The position numbers and the translations under genes are program-made. This document shows, piece after piece, positions 11,961 through 25,101 of a DNA stretch of 64,000 nucleotides (the stretch's first letter is position 1; each line of letters starts with the position of its first letter). The notes under the pieces are model-generated. The model saw nothing but the letters and a program-made list of their open reading frames with translations. It was not told where the DNA came from and did not search any database. Source of the stretch: Octopus sinensis (taxonomy: Eukaryota); the NCBI RefSeq assembly GCF_006345805.1, contig NC_043008.1, forward strand, positions 78,058,001 to 78,122,000, written 5' to 3'.

Positions 11961-12834
11961 AACAGAACAGCAACGGACCATGATAAAATGATGGCAAGAA
12001 AAGTCCCTTCATGGCAAATACTGGACTAAACTAAATGCAAAAGAAATAGACAAAGAAAAATCCCAGCAGTGGTTGAGACGCTCAGGACTTAAAGCAGAGA
12101 CAGAGGGATTTTTAATTGCAGCACAAGACCAAAGCCTCCCCACCAGGAATTACCAAAAACATATAATGAAAAGAAATATAACAAGTAACTGCAGAATATG
12201 TGGAGATGGACAAGAAACAATAAATCATATTATCTCTGGCTGCCCAGTCCTGGCTAAGAAGGAATATATTCACAGACACGACAGAATTGGGACCTACATA
12301 CACTGGAAGCTATACCAACATTATGGAATAACAACAGAAAAAAGATGGTATAGGCACATCCCAGAAAAGGTCACAGAAAACGAGAAAGCAACCACACTCT
12401 GGGATATGCCAATACACACAGATAGAGAAATTAAGGCCAACAGACCAGATATAATTGTCAGAGATCATGAAGGAAAAAATGCTTTCTAATTGATATATCA
12501 ATACCAGCAGATGACAACGTGTCTCTAAAAGAAATGGAGAAACTTTCAAAATACACAGACCTGGAAATAGAGGTAACTCGAATGTGGAATCTAAAAACAG
12601 AAACAATTCCTATCATAGTAGGTACATTAGGCATGATAAAAAAATATTCAGACAAATACATAACAAAACACCAGGATTTAAAAACACATATAACATACAG
12701 AAAATCGCACTACTGGGCACTGCCCACGTCCTAAGTAACCATCAGAGCATCACAACAAAACACAACACATATCCAAGGCACACAGAGCTGCGCTCGGTAG
12801 TGAAGTGAAAGCACAATATAAAAAAAAAACACTG
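11961..12834 (+). mobile_element. R4/Dong-type LINE 3' fragment (D2): CCHC knuckle and restriction-like endonuclease
   Basis: CRICGDGQETINHIISGC...HRHD...ANRPDIIV...LIDISIP.D..KEMEKLSKY.DL; flanked by (AAT)n on both sides. Confidence 0.9.
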
Positions 12835-12875
12835 AATAATAATAATAATAATGATAATAATAATAATAATAATAA

Positions 12876-13101
12876 TACGCTTGAGCGGGATGGGCTACTC
12901 AACCTGAAGAAAATTCTAACTGGGCCCCACCTGCAAGGTCATGTGCTGTTTATCTTGATATGAGATCACCATGTCGCGCACATATGGTTGTGATGCATGT
13001 GCCTGGTGTGCCCTTATCAGACGGGTAGTCATGATGGGTATATTGGGCTTCGTATATTTTACCCCAGTGTCACTTTGATGGCATGAACTGCTCTCTCACT
13101 C
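12876..13101 (+). repeat. 3' end of a dispersed element terminating in (AAT)n
   Basis: Ends ctgctctctcactc(aat)n; a longer reverse-complement copy lies at 50959-51485. Confidence 0.7.
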
Positions 13102-13160
<59 letters not shown>

Positions 13161-13170
13161 TAATAATAAT

Positions 13171-14210
13171 GATAATAAAAGAGAGGGAAGAAGACTGATT
13201 GGATGCGAACGCAGCATTTGAGCAGATGAAAACAACATAGCATAGTATGTAAAAAAAAAATGCTACAGAACCGCTATTATTGGAAATAAGAAGGTCAGGT
13301 TTATGTAGGATGGAAGATTGCAAAGATAATGCATTGTACAGGGACTTGAGAATTAAGGAAACTGAAAATAGGCGGATAAAGAAAAGAATGCATGGACAAT
13401 TTCATAGTGATGCTAGAGATAAGAGAGACAGAAAAAGATGGCTATGGATGACTAAAAGTAATTTAAAACCAGAAACAGAGGCTCTAATCTGTGCTTCCCA
13501 AGAGCAAGTACGAGGTACAAATTACATCAAATACAGAATAGACAATACATCAGAAAGTGCAGAGTTTCTGGACAAAATGGTGAAATCGTATGGCATGTTA
13601 CCAGTCAATGTACGCTACTAGTCTAGAAAGAATATATGAGACGTCATGACAATATAGCAAGGATTGTTTATTGGACACATTGCAACAAGTATGGAATTGA
13701 CAAAGCAAAAAAAAAATGGTACGAACATAAACCCGAAGGCATAATCGAAAATGATAATCCAAAGATCCGATGGAATTTTATGATTTAGTGCGACCATGAG
13801 AATAAGAAACCAGACATAGTCTTAATTGAGAAAGAAAGCAAATTATGCTGGATTATAGATATAGCAAGTCCAGCTGACAACAAGGTATGCGATAAGGAAG
13901 TAAAAAAAGTCGATAGGTTTGATAGGTTAGCTTAGGAGGTTAAACAGTTGTGGTTGCTGAAAAAGATAGTAGTAGTATCAATAATTGTCGGAGCCCTGGG
14001 AACAGTAAGTAAAAATCTTGAGAAGTACATGGAACAAATAAGGCTTGCAATAAGGGTGGAACACTTGCAGAAAACAGCACTGCTTGGAACTGCTCGACTA
14101 CTCCGGAAGGTGCTCGAAAAATAAGAGGTGTTACCTTAGTTCACAGGTAGTGAACAGCTGGTACCGTAGTACATCTCCAGTGTTAGAAGTTGTGCATAGA
14201 CATTAAAGAA
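13171..14210 (+). mobile_element. R4/Dong-type LINE 3' fragment (D3a)
   Basis: MHGQF...WLWMTKSNLKPETEALICASQEQ, KPDIVLI, IVGALG, LQKTALLGTARLLRKVL; followed by an (AAG)n tail. Confidence 0.88.
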
Positions 14211-14334
14211 GAAGAAGAAGAAGAAGAAGAAGAAAAGAAGAAGAAGAGAAGAAGAAGAAGAAGAGAAGAAGAAGAAGAAGAAGAAGAAGAAGAAGAAGAA
14301 GAAGAATTATAATAATAATGATATAATAATAATA

Positions 14335-14383
<49 letters not shown>

Positions 14384-14385
<2 letters not shown>

Positions 14386-15420
14386 TAATAAAAGAGAGGG
14401 AAGAAGACTGATTGGATGCGAACGCAGCATTTGAGCAGATGAAAACAACATAGCATAGTATGTAAAAAAAAATGCTACAGAACCGCTATTATTGGAAATA
14501 AGAAGGTCAGGTTTATGTAGGATGGAAGATTGCAAAGATAATGCATTGTACAGGGACTTGAGAATTAAGGAAACTGAAAATAGGCGGATAAGAAAAGAAT
14601 GCATGGACAATTTCATAGTGATGCTAGAGATAAGAGAGACAGAAAAAGATGGCTATGGATGACTAAAAGTAATTTAAAACCAGAAACAGAGGCTCTAATC
14701 TGTGCTTCCCAAGAGCAAGTACGAGGTACAAATTACATCAAATACAGAATAGACAATACATCAGAAAGTGCAGAGTTTCTGGACAAAATGGTGAAATCGT
14801 ATGGCATGTTACCAGTCAATGTACGCTACTAGTCTAGAAAGAATATATGAGACGTCATGACAATATAGCAAGGATTGTTTATTGGACACATTGCAACAAG
14901 TATGGAATTGACAAAGCAAAAAAAAAATGGTACGAACATAAACCCGAAGGCATAATCGAAAATGATAATCCAAAGATCCGATGGAATTTTATGATTTAGT
15001 GCGACCATGAGAATAAGAAACCAGACATAGTCTTAATTGAGAAAGAAAGCAAATTATGCTGGATTATAGATATAGCAAGTCCAGCTGACAACAAGGTATG
15101 CGATAAGGAAGTAAAAAAAGTCGATAGGTTTGATAGGTTAGCTTAGGAGGTTAAACAGTTGTGGTTGCTGAAAAAGATAGTAGTAGTATCAATAATTGTC
15201 GGAGCCCTGGGAACAGTAAGTAAAAATCTTGAGAAGTACATGGAACAAATAAGGCTTGCAATAAGGGTGGAACACTTGCAGAAAACAGCACTGCTTGGAA
15301 CTGCTCGACTACTCCGGAAGGTGCTCGAAAAATAAGAGGTGTTACCTTAGTTCACAGGTAGTGAACAGCTGGTACCGTAGTACATCTCCAGTGTTAGAAG
15401 TTGTGCATAGACATTAAAGA
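14384..15420 (+). mobile_element. Near-identical tandem copy of D3a (D3b)
   Basis: Identical to 13171-14210 including inactivating stops; I saw only homopolymer-length differences. Confidence 0.88.
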
Positions 15421-15588
15421 AGAAGAAGAAGAAGAAGAAGAAGAAGAAGAAGAAGAAGAAGAAGAAGAAGAAGAAGAAGAAGAAGAAGAAGAAGAAGAAG
15501 AAGAAGAAGAAGAAGAAGAAGAAGAAGAAGAAGAAGAAGAAGAAGAAGAAGAAGAAGAAGAAGAAGAAGAAGAATTATAATAATAATG

Positions 15589-15636
<48 letters not shown>
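15416..15636. repeat. (AAG)n followed by (AAT)n microsatellite
   Basis: Direct inspection; a similar compound array lies at 14205-14390. Confidence 0.95.
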
Positions 15637-15638
<2 letters not shown>

Positions 15639-15660
15639 CCTTTCTACTGGAAGCACAAGG

Positions 15661-16020
15661 TCTCAAATTTGGGGGAAGGGATTAAGTCGATTACATTGAC
15701 CCCAGCACATAACTGATACTAATTTTATCGACCCTGAAAGGATGAAAGGCAAAGTCGACCTCGGCAGAATTTGAACTCAGAACGTAACGACAGACGAAAT
15801 ACCTATTTCTTTACTACCCACAAGGGGCAAACAAGGACAGACAAACGGATTAAGTCGATTATATCGACCCCAGTGCCTAACTGGTACTTATTTAATCGAC
15901 CCCGAAAGGATGAAAGGCAAAGTCGACCTCGGCGGAATGTGAACTCAGAGCGTAGCGGCAGACGAAATACCATTAAGCGTTTCGCCCGGCGTGCTAACGA
16001 TTCTTCCAGCTTACTACCTT
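15661..16020 (-). mobile_element. Two adjacent SINE family B copies
   Basis: Repeated gaaaggatgaaaggcaaagtcgacctcggc.gaat.tgaactcaga. Confidence 0.8.
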
Positions 16021-16045
16021 AATAATAATAATAATGACAATAATA

Positions 16046-18600
16046 GAGTTCGGATCTCACTGAATGAACCCACTCAGCACCGTAGTTGTGGGAAACCTCT
16101 TGGTTCCAGATGTTATTTCAAAACTGGCAGGTTTCCTCTGCTTTAGATGTATTATCTTTTGTATCTCCACTTAATCTCTTAAAATCCTGCCATTGACTAT
16201 TTGTAAATAATCTGTTTTGCTGGAACTGCGATATACAATCAGTGTAGCCTTGTACTGTCAATGATTTTGCTCCAACACGTTGTTTTAGGGTTTCAGTAAC
16301 AGTTTTGAAACTTTTCTTTCCTGTTTGGTATTTTGTTTCAAGATATGCCCTCACAATTTCTTTCCATTGTCCTTTTGGACCAGTCAATTTCGGGATAACA
16401 TATGGGGGCAGGAGATTTCCCACAACCACGGTGCTGAGTGGATTTATTCAGGGAGATCCTAACCCCATCACCCTGTGGCTCCACGACAGGACCACGTATG
16501 CATAACAACAGAAGATGTAATTACACTTGTATCAAAACTGCCAAACTGGAAAGCGACAGGACCAGACAGAATCCAAGGCTACCGCTCAAGTGACTTGGTC
16601 AACACACAAACGAATTGTGTTTCAATTAGACAATTGCCTACAGAGTGGTGCAGTTCCATAATGGATTGTAGAGGGAAAGACAACATTGTTGAGGACAATG
16701 AGGTTAGCAATTACCAACCCAAAGTTTGTCTTAAACTCTTACGGAAAGTGTTAACAAGCATCCACGTAGGGAAAATATATACGTTCCTTGCGGAAAACAA
16801 TCTACTCCCAGTAGAACAAAGGGGGATGCAGAAAAGAATCCAGAGCGCCAAGGACCACCTTGTGATAGACAAGGTCGTAATGAAGAACTGCAAACGGTAC
16901 CAAAAAACTTGTGCATGGCCTGGATATTCTTTAAAAATGCTTACAAGATCTTGCCACATTCATGAACTCTGGAAACATTCGACATGTGCGGAATAATTGA
17001 GAATGTGTGTGCACTGATTAAGAACAGCATGCCTCCAGCACCTATCTGAGGTAACAATCAAAAGATGTATCTTCCAGGGAGATTGTTATTCACCTTTCTC
17101 ATTTGTTATAGCCTTGATCTCACTTTCTGTAGTTCTACGCAAAGTTAACGCGCACTATGAGTTGAGAAAGAATGTGTCTCGTCTCAACTATCTTCTCTTC
17201 ATGGAGGATTTAAAACTGTTCGCAAAAGCAAAACCTGAAATGGAGAGGCTGGCTGAGACTGTACAGATATACAGCAATAATATAAGGATAGAATTCGGTA
17301 TCTAGAAGTGTACGGTGCTCACTTTGAAACGGAGGAAAAGAGCAGATTGTAGGGGCCTAGAACTTCCAAACGGAGAACGAATAGGAGACTCAGGTGACGA
17401 TGGGTACAAATAGCTTGAGATCTTGAAGGTGGAGAATATCTTACACAGAGAAATGAAAGACAAGGTCACCACTGCATATTTTTGGAGCGCCTCAGATTAC
17501 TCTTGAAGTCAAAACTCAACTCAAGGAACCTTGTGACTGCCATCAATATATGGGCTGTTACTGTAGTCCACTACAGTGCACCCATTTTAAAATGGACACG
17601 AGATGAGATTGACCAACCCGATCACACTACTCCAAAGACGATAACAATGCATGGTGCCCTCTACCCTAAGGCGAAAGTACATGGGTTCTACATGAAGAGG
17701 TGAAACGGTGGACGTGGCCTGATTTTCGCACGAGAGTGCATCAATACTGAAAGAAAAAACATGGCAGAGTATTTGGTAATCAACGAACTAGACCTGCTAC
17801 AGTATGCTGCTAGAACAAAAGGATTTAACCAAAACGGACTAAAAAATGCTATGAATCCCGATCACTAATAGCCAACGAGAGAGAAGAAACTCTACTCCGC
17901 ATGGAATTACGTGCTCAATTCCACCGTGAACTTAAAAGACCAGAAAGCATCAAGTGTGACCTTAAAAAGAAGACTGAAGATCTAATCATTGCTGCTCAGG
18001 ATCAGGCATTGAATAGCAGCTCAATGAAAAGGGATATAGACTACACAAGAACAGCGAACCTCTGAAGAATGTGTGGGAAGAAGGTCGAAAGCATGACCTA
18101 CATGGGAAGTACTTGTGAAAGTCTTGCACAGAAAGAGTATAAATGCAAACACGACAAAATAGTCTAAAGCCTTCACTGACTACTATACCGGAAGTATGGA
18201 TACGAGGTAACAGGTGTTTTGCACCAACATACACAGTAAAGATAATGGACGAAAACGAGAAGGCAAATATCTTTTGGTGTTTGACTTCCAGTCAGACAAG
18301 GTGTTAGAGTACCGAAGGCAGGATATAGTAACCTTTAAGAGGGACAAACAAGAGTGCCTAATAATCGACATGACAATGCCAGGAGATCAACCTATTATCA
18401 TAAATGAAAGAGAAAATGTTGATAAATATGGAGACCTGAGAATTAAGGTCAGCAAGATGTAGCAGCTGCGAGACTTAAACATAAAGGTTGTCTCTGTTGT
18501 CATCGGAGCATTGGGTTCAATACCACCCAACCTGAAGAAACATCTGGAAAGGTTAGAAATACCTTACAACCGTGGAGTATTGCAAAACTTGGTTTTATTT
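16046..18600 (+). mobile_element. R4/Dong-type LINE (D4) with inverted 5' segment
   Basis: Plus strand from ~16408: KLPNWKATGPD, EQRGMQK...KDHLVID, IFQGD..SPFSF, LNYLLFMEDLKLFA, RLE motifs. 16046-16407 encodes the upstream region (LKQRVGAK...QFQQNRLF...CQFW) on the minus strand. Confidence 0.85.
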
Positions 18601-18757
18601 GGGGCTTTATATGGTAATAATGGAATTTTTTAGAAATTTCTGTCGGCTTTTTTTCGAGTAGCGTGCGTTTTGTGAAAAATTATATGGTAATGGACAATAT
18701 GTCCAATTTTCGGCATATTTGGCATTAGAATGTTTTTCGTTTGCCCTTATTTATAAG

Positions 18758-18821
<64 letters not shown>

Positions 18822-19363
18822 CCACTGAAAGGCATGAAAACCCGCAGTTAAATTTGTATCGTGACAATATATGATAATAGAACTTGAGTGGCAGGGAGTA
18901 ATAATTTCGACAAAGATCGAAGGATAACGCTCTGACCTTTTTCAGGGACTAAGGTACTAGTCAAGGAAGGGAAGGTGCCCTCAGACCGGAGTCTGAATCG
19001 TTGTAATAAAATGACCTCTGATAATGACATCTAAAGGCACTCAAAAATCAAGCGCTAGTCTCAATCCGGGCTATGGATTTATCACCCATGGATAGGGACG
19101 TCCTTTCCGACAGACTTCCACTAATTTTCTGTCAACTATATTTCATTCGTAATGTTTTACTTGATTGAGACAATGGAAGAAACCACCTACCCAAAGTACT
19201 GCTCAATGAGGTCCGATCGAAACCATATCGTTGTAAAGCGATCGTCTTATGTCAATTCGATTTTTAAAAATATTTCACTGGATAATTTGACAAGGAAATA
19301 AGATAAAAATCTTGATGGTAAATTACATAAATATCTTCAGTAAAATTAATATAAATTTCTTAC

Positions 19364-19635
19364 CACAGCTGCAAAGTTACTTCTAGGAGTATCCATTTCT
19401 TGTATGGTTTGCCACGAATTGCTGGTAGGACTATATCTCTCGACACTATTGATGCGGGTCACTCCGTTAAAGCCACCAAGTGCGTACACAAAATCCTGAT
19501 GGGCTACAACACTGACACCACTCCTTAAGTTTCTCATTGGTGTTATCATGGTCCATTGGTCAGTAATTGGACAGTAATATTCAGCTGAGCTGAAGATTTC
19601 AATTCCATCAAAACCTCCACAGATGTATATTCTCG
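19364..19635 (-). CDS. KLHL10: KLHL10 homolog exon 4 (Kelch repeats)
   Basis: Acceptor tttttgcag|CG; reads (A)RIYICGGFDGIEIFSSAEYYCPITDQWTMITPMRNLRSGVSVVAHQDFVYALGGFNGVTRINSVERYSPTSNSWQTIQEMDTPRSNFAAV; donor GTG|GTAAGA. 272 nt, phase 1 to 0. Confidence 0.93.
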
Positions 19636-19902
19636 CTGCAAAAACCGAAGGAATAAATATATATTTCCAGGGTACACAGAAATGGCTTCAAGATAATTGT
19701 TAGGTCATTTTATGATATATCAATTTGTTGAGTAAAAGTCTATGTAGATTCTGGAATCAAAATAAACTATATTTACTTTAACATCATTAAAGTTCCTATC
19801 ACCGGACGAAATATTGGTCACCTGTCCCCTACACATTATTTTCTGTTACTATTTCTACAATGTGTATCAGGATAAAGTGTAAAATTAACTTTGTATACTT
19901 AC

Positions 19903-20072
19903 CCCGAAGTACTGTCGCGGCAGCATCACTCCGGGCGCTATTCATTGAAGTTATATAAGACCACTGATTATTTTCCTTGTTATAACGTTCGGCTGTTTTC
20001 TGCCTTACCACTCCGTTATAACCTCCAATAGCATAGATTTCATTGTTCAACACAGCTGCACTGACATAACAT
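19903..20072 (-). CDS. KLHL10: KLHL10 homolog exon 3 (Kelch repeats)
   Basis: Acceptor tttataacag|A; reads (R)CYVSAAVLNNEIYAIGGYNGVVRQKTAERYNKENNQWSYITSMNSARSDAAATVLR; donor CGGG|GTAAGT. 170 nt, phase 2 to 1. Confidence 0.93.
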
Positions 20073-20284
20073 CTGTTATAAAGAGTATTAAAGTAACATT
20101 TATATCGTTATAAACACGTTCATACGTTCCCGCTCTTGTACATTATACATGCATTTATACATACATACATACACACACACATACATGCATACATACATAC
20201 ATACATATATACATACATACCCACACACATATATGTATGTATGTATGCATGCATGCATGTATGGGGTTAAAAGATGGTAACATG

Positions 20285-21700
20285 GTCCTACGCAAGACTG
20301 CAACCTTATGTTCAGAATGTGCATAGAACTTGCAGGTTAACAGCATCGAAGGCCTTAGGAAAGTCGACGAATCCCATGAACAACTCTTGATTTTTTTACG
20401 TACCTTCTCCATGACCTGTCAGAGGGAAAAGATCATGTTCGATAGTGCCACGAGCAAAGCGAAATCCGCACTGTGATTTTGGATAGAATCACAACGTGTT
20501 TGACGATCCCATTTACAATGTGTTTGACGATCCTGTCAAGAATGATTCGAGCATGGATTTTACCAGCAATATACACAAGTAATATACACAACCTCTTCTG
20601 TTTCCTTTGTTCTTATAAAGGTGTTGAATAGAGGCATACTTGAAGCCCTGTGGTACACTTCCTACCATCCAAATATTTATGATGAGGTTATGCAATGTCT
20701 TAAAAAGCTTCTGTCCACCATGCTTATAGATTTCAGGAGGGACAGCATCCCTGCCAGGGCCCTTACCAGAAGAGATCTGTTTAACAGTTTACCATTTCCA
20801 GGAAGGTTGGCTCCAGAGGCAATTCCGTTATTTCAGCGAGCTGCGGAATAGACATTATGGCATCATCATTAGTGACTGAGGTGGAATTCAACACGGCTTC
20901 GAAGTGATCTTTTCATTCTTTCAGGATGTCAGATTTGTCAGTTAACAGTGTCTCTCTGTTGGATAGGAAAATAGGAGTAACACCATGCTCTTGAAGCTAT
21001 AATAAAAGGTTTTAGAATCTTTTTGTCTGCATCGTCTTAGAGTTCAGTTGCTTTGAAAGACCACCAAGCCTCCTTCATCTGTCTCAGAGAACGTTGGACC
21101 CGGCCTCTGCATTTCTAACAAGCATTCACTTTTCTGGATCATCTCTTACATGTAATGTTAAAGTCCCCAATATCTCGCTACTTAGTGACAACATAGTATA
21201 TGAGATGCCAATCCTTAGATCTAGGACACATCCAGGTTGTCCAGGCAAAACCAATACCAAAGTAGCGTGGCTCGTCCTCATTTCTTCCACAGTAAAAAAA
21301 TATGTATTCACCTTTACTTTCTTCTAACTGTTATGAGACTGCAAGACGAGTTACACTGAGTGCAGCTATGTCGATGTATTTCTTTCGTTCAAGTGTAACC
21401 AGTGCAATTTTTCGTTCCGGTACTGAGTGATTATCTTGGAGAGTGCGCACATTCCAAGAACCAAGGTTAGTATTCTTAGATTTCTTCATGTTTCAGCTGT
21501 GTTACTGAATAATCAGACAGCTGCGGCGGGCTGCCAAGTTTAAGGTAAGTAAGCAATGTTTAGGGCTCTTTTTTTGCCCCTCTCCCTGTAAGGGAAAGCA
21601 GTGCTGTGTCTAAATAGACCTGCTTTGTCACCACTGGAAGACACGGACAGCACAGTTACTCACAAGTTCTGTGCTTGAACACCCATCAACCAGTGGTCAC
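20285..21700 (-). mobile_element. RTE-clade LINE fragment (APE endonuclease + RT N-half), decayed
   Basis: LTLGSWNVRTLQD...IAALS.TRL (APE); PQGFKYASIQHLYKNKGNR, SQCGFRFARGT, FVDFPKAFD (RT). Confidence 0.85.
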
Positions 21701-23419
21701 CGACTGTGTAGAGATCCAGCAAGAAACTGTTAGTGATATCTTTTACCTGTCCGTGCCCCCTCCACTCTCTCGCCAGAGGACTTTTTACTTTTGCAAGCTG
21801 GAGCTGTGAAGTATTGAATGAATAAATGTAAGTTGTCATAAAACCCACATATATGATTTGATTTAAGTTATGAAGGCTTCTGTAGAACTAGCCACACTTT
21901 TTGGAAGTGATGATAGCAAGAATATGGTGTACATATGTACCAGAGTACCAAGAAGAACACACCTCAGGCTTTTTCTTTAGAGGTTTCCATCTCCTGGACA
22001 AGTCACTATAAACAATTGGAGAGCCTCGTCTACTCTATGACTTTGCTGATATTACAGCCCTGTTAATGAGATCTTCAGCAATCAAAGACCTGGTTTTATA
22101 TCAGAGTTTCCATCTCCTAGAGGGGATGCGTTCACCACGATTTAGGAGCCCCATCTGCACACTAATATATGAAATTAAGTACATCAAGTTTAAAATATGA
22201 ATAAGATAAAACTGTATATACATATACATATTGTTGGATGGCTGTTGACTACTCATGAGCTCCTTCGCCCTTTTGACAGGTTTTATTTTTCGTCCCGAAG
22301 ATGTGTCCAACAGGTTCTACTGGGTTACATGTTACCAGTAGCGTTCAGGGGTGCTCTGATGTATATATATCAGACTTCTCTTTAAATATTTAATCAGTTT
22401 CATTGAAACAGGTCATTAAACCAACTTCATGTAATCAGACCCACCTATCTCTGAGTCAAAACAAATCAACATCGGCCATTACTCACACTGTCAACAGGAG
22501 AGAAAATAAAGAATAACTGCTTCATCTATTGTATGAGACTAACAACTGGAACAAACAACTTTTCATCATTAAAAGACGTATCTTTGTGACAATATCATTT
22601 CAGTCATAAATTTCCCTTTCAGAGTTTGAAAGAGCGAGGTGGAGCCAGAGAGAGCAGGAGGGAGGGGTAGGGAGAGAGAGCAGGAGGGGAGAGAGACAGA
22701 GAGATGAAGAGAGATGTATGAGATTAGAAATAAAGAAAAGTGGAAAATAATAGAGGAAAAATAGAAATGAAAGATGAAGGCGACTCAACAAAAATTGCAG
22801 TCCAGGATATCATTAAATATAAATATATTCATACATTGCATTATAATGTATACACACACGCATATGCACAACACACACACACTCATACACACATTCATAC
22901 ACATGTATTTACACATATATGTATAAAAACGTAGACAAAAAGAGAGGTAGAGAGAGAGATACAGAGCGAAAGAGAGAGAGAGAGAGAGAGAAAGAAAGAA
23001 AGAAAGAAAGAAAGAGATAGATAGATAGATAGACAGATAGACAGATAGATAGATAGACAGATAGATAGATAGAGGGAGAGAGAGATATCATTCAAGCACC
23101 AGGTGCATTAATATTATAAACACTTGTTAATTCTATCAACAATAGATTATATCTACAAACCAATTCATGTGGAGATTAACGACAAAGAAACGGGCATTAT
23201 CTACAAGAAGCTAATTAAATATTCCTATCCACCCATATCTATCCATTTATCTATATCCACTCATCCAACTATCCATCCATCCACAATCTCATTACCCATA
23301 TATACAGTCAACCATTTCGTATCTTTTCTTCCCATTCCACCCCTTTCTTATTTTCCAATTATTTCCTCTCCTACTCTCTCCCCCTCTTTCTCTCTTTCTC
23401 TCACGCACACTCTCTCTCT

Positions 23420-24270
23420 CCCTACCTACAGATAGTTTCCCAGAGTGTAAGATTTTGCCGTGGGTTGGTATGTAGGCAGAAAGGGTAGTGGTTTTGTGGG
23501 AGTGTGTGTTTGGTGGTATGAATTCTTGGGTGCGTGTGTGTGTATTTGGAAGTATGCGTGTGTGTGCGTTATGCACAAGTAAGTGGGTGGTGATGATATA
23601 CGTATTTGATAAAAGGGTGTAACTGCTGTGTCTATGCTTGAAAGCTTGAAGAGTTAAAATGATTATCTGTTCACGTCGGCATAGAGTGTGGACCTTTGTA
23701 CAGGGCTGCATTTAACACAGGTGGAGTGATCTGCAGAACAAAAATTGACGTGCAACAGCAATCATTGTAGAATTGATGTCTTGCCAATGTTCGGTAAGTG
23801 GTTAGTCTAGCCTTGTCCAGTTTATCCAACATTTGAAGCTGTAATTGATAATGGTAATTGGATCCGGTAAGAAGAGTAGTGAGGGAGGCACGTTTAAAGG
23901 AGATAGTTGGCCGTGGGATGTTGGTAGTTTTGTTTGGAGGATTGAAGGGACAGAATGGACAAGTGATAAGTGAGAGGAAAAGGGTGAAGAAGGCATGTTA
24001 TGAGAATGTAGAAGTGAGTGAGGTAAGGTCGAGTTAGGAGTAGGAGTCGGTAGAGTCTAAGCGAAAACGAGTGATAGTGAGGAGAGGTAACTGATGGTAG
24101 CAGTGAAGTTCAGAATGGACATAACTTGTAAGAAGGAGTGTAAAACGAGTTGACAGCAAAGGCGAAGATCCTGAGTTGGACGAGGAGGAGGGAGCATTGA
24201 TACAATCGTGAATGTAACACTCATAAATCTCCGAGGTGAAATTCGGAGAAAAACTAGACATACACCCCCC
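23420..24270 (-). mobile_element. Penelope-like (Neptune-type) 3' fragment: RT end, thumb, GIY-YIG
   Basis: Frame-shifted TDSYS..., TEHWQDI...AVARQFCSADHS, RREQIIILTLQ. Confidence 0.65.
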
Positions 24271-24310
24271 ACACACACACACACATGAATTTATATTAGA
24301 AAAATGGAAC

Positions 24311-24458
24311 CTTCTGTTGTGCATTGGTCCTACTTCTTTCCACTCTTGCGATGTTGTGTCCAGGCAGCGTACACTATTGAAGTACTCCATGCCATCAAAG
24401 CCACCAATTATATAAACATATCTGTCTAGAACACACGATCCATGATAGGCTCGGAAGT
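24311..24458 (-). CDS. KLHL10: KLHL10 homolog exon 2 (Kelch repeats)
   Basis: Acceptor tatcttacag|AC completes GAC; reads (D)FRAYHGSCVLDRYVYIIGGFDGMEYFNSVRCLDTTSQEWKEVGPMHNR(R). 148 nt, phase 1 to 2; weak donor AAG|GTTCCA. Confidence 0.9.
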
Positions 24459-24933
24459 CTGTAAGATACAAGTATAATACATTTCATATCATTTTTGTGT
24501 CTATATTTGTAAATACCCTGACTCATTGGTGCACCAGGGAAGAGTATCTATCAAGAGAAAGCCAATCTACTTTTCCAAGCGACTCAAGTGGAAAATTTAA
24601 ACTTAGTTATAAGCTAATGACACACTGTTTCCACTGTTTACGGTTTTATTCTGCACTAAATTCGCGATACTTATAACTAAAGTGAATGTTATATTCATGG
24701 GCGTTGTAAAGTGGTGTTGGAGAGTAGCAACACCACTTGTTCAGCCGAATGTCCAGGTCTATGTCGACTCTATGTCGACTTCATTATTTCCCCAGGGTTA
24801 CTCTGGAACACATCATCTCAGTATTACTATGGTGCAGTGTCAGTGTGCTCTAATTTTAAGACAGTATTACATTTGTGTAATAATACCCTTTCATTAGTCG
24901 CTCATTATTATTATAGGTAGTCAGCCTTATGTT

Positions 24934-25100
24934 AGTGTTACTGTGAGTCGATATTTCCTCAGTGTTACTGTAGTCCAGGATAGGTCCAGTATTACAGGGG
25001 ATCGCAAATGAGCACAATATTTCGACGGCTCAATATTATCATAGTGTTACTGTTACATCGGATTAGCCTAGTGTTACTGTAGATCAATATTAGCCCAGTA
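24934..25100. repeat. Degenerate 27-bp minisatellite, core AGTGTTACTGT
   Basis: Core starts at 24934, 24961, 24988, 25043, 25070 and 25097. Confidence 0.7.
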
Positions 25101-25101
25101 T

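Noticed and set aside
22389-22420. tttaat...GAAACAGGTC attaaa resembling a hammerhead
   Set aside because: No CUGANGA; explained as a small simple palindrome.
24934-25100. Repeat-spacer-like array as CRISPR
   Set aside because: Eukaryotic intron, 11-nt core, fixed 27-bp period with related spacers and no cas genes; it is a minisatellite.
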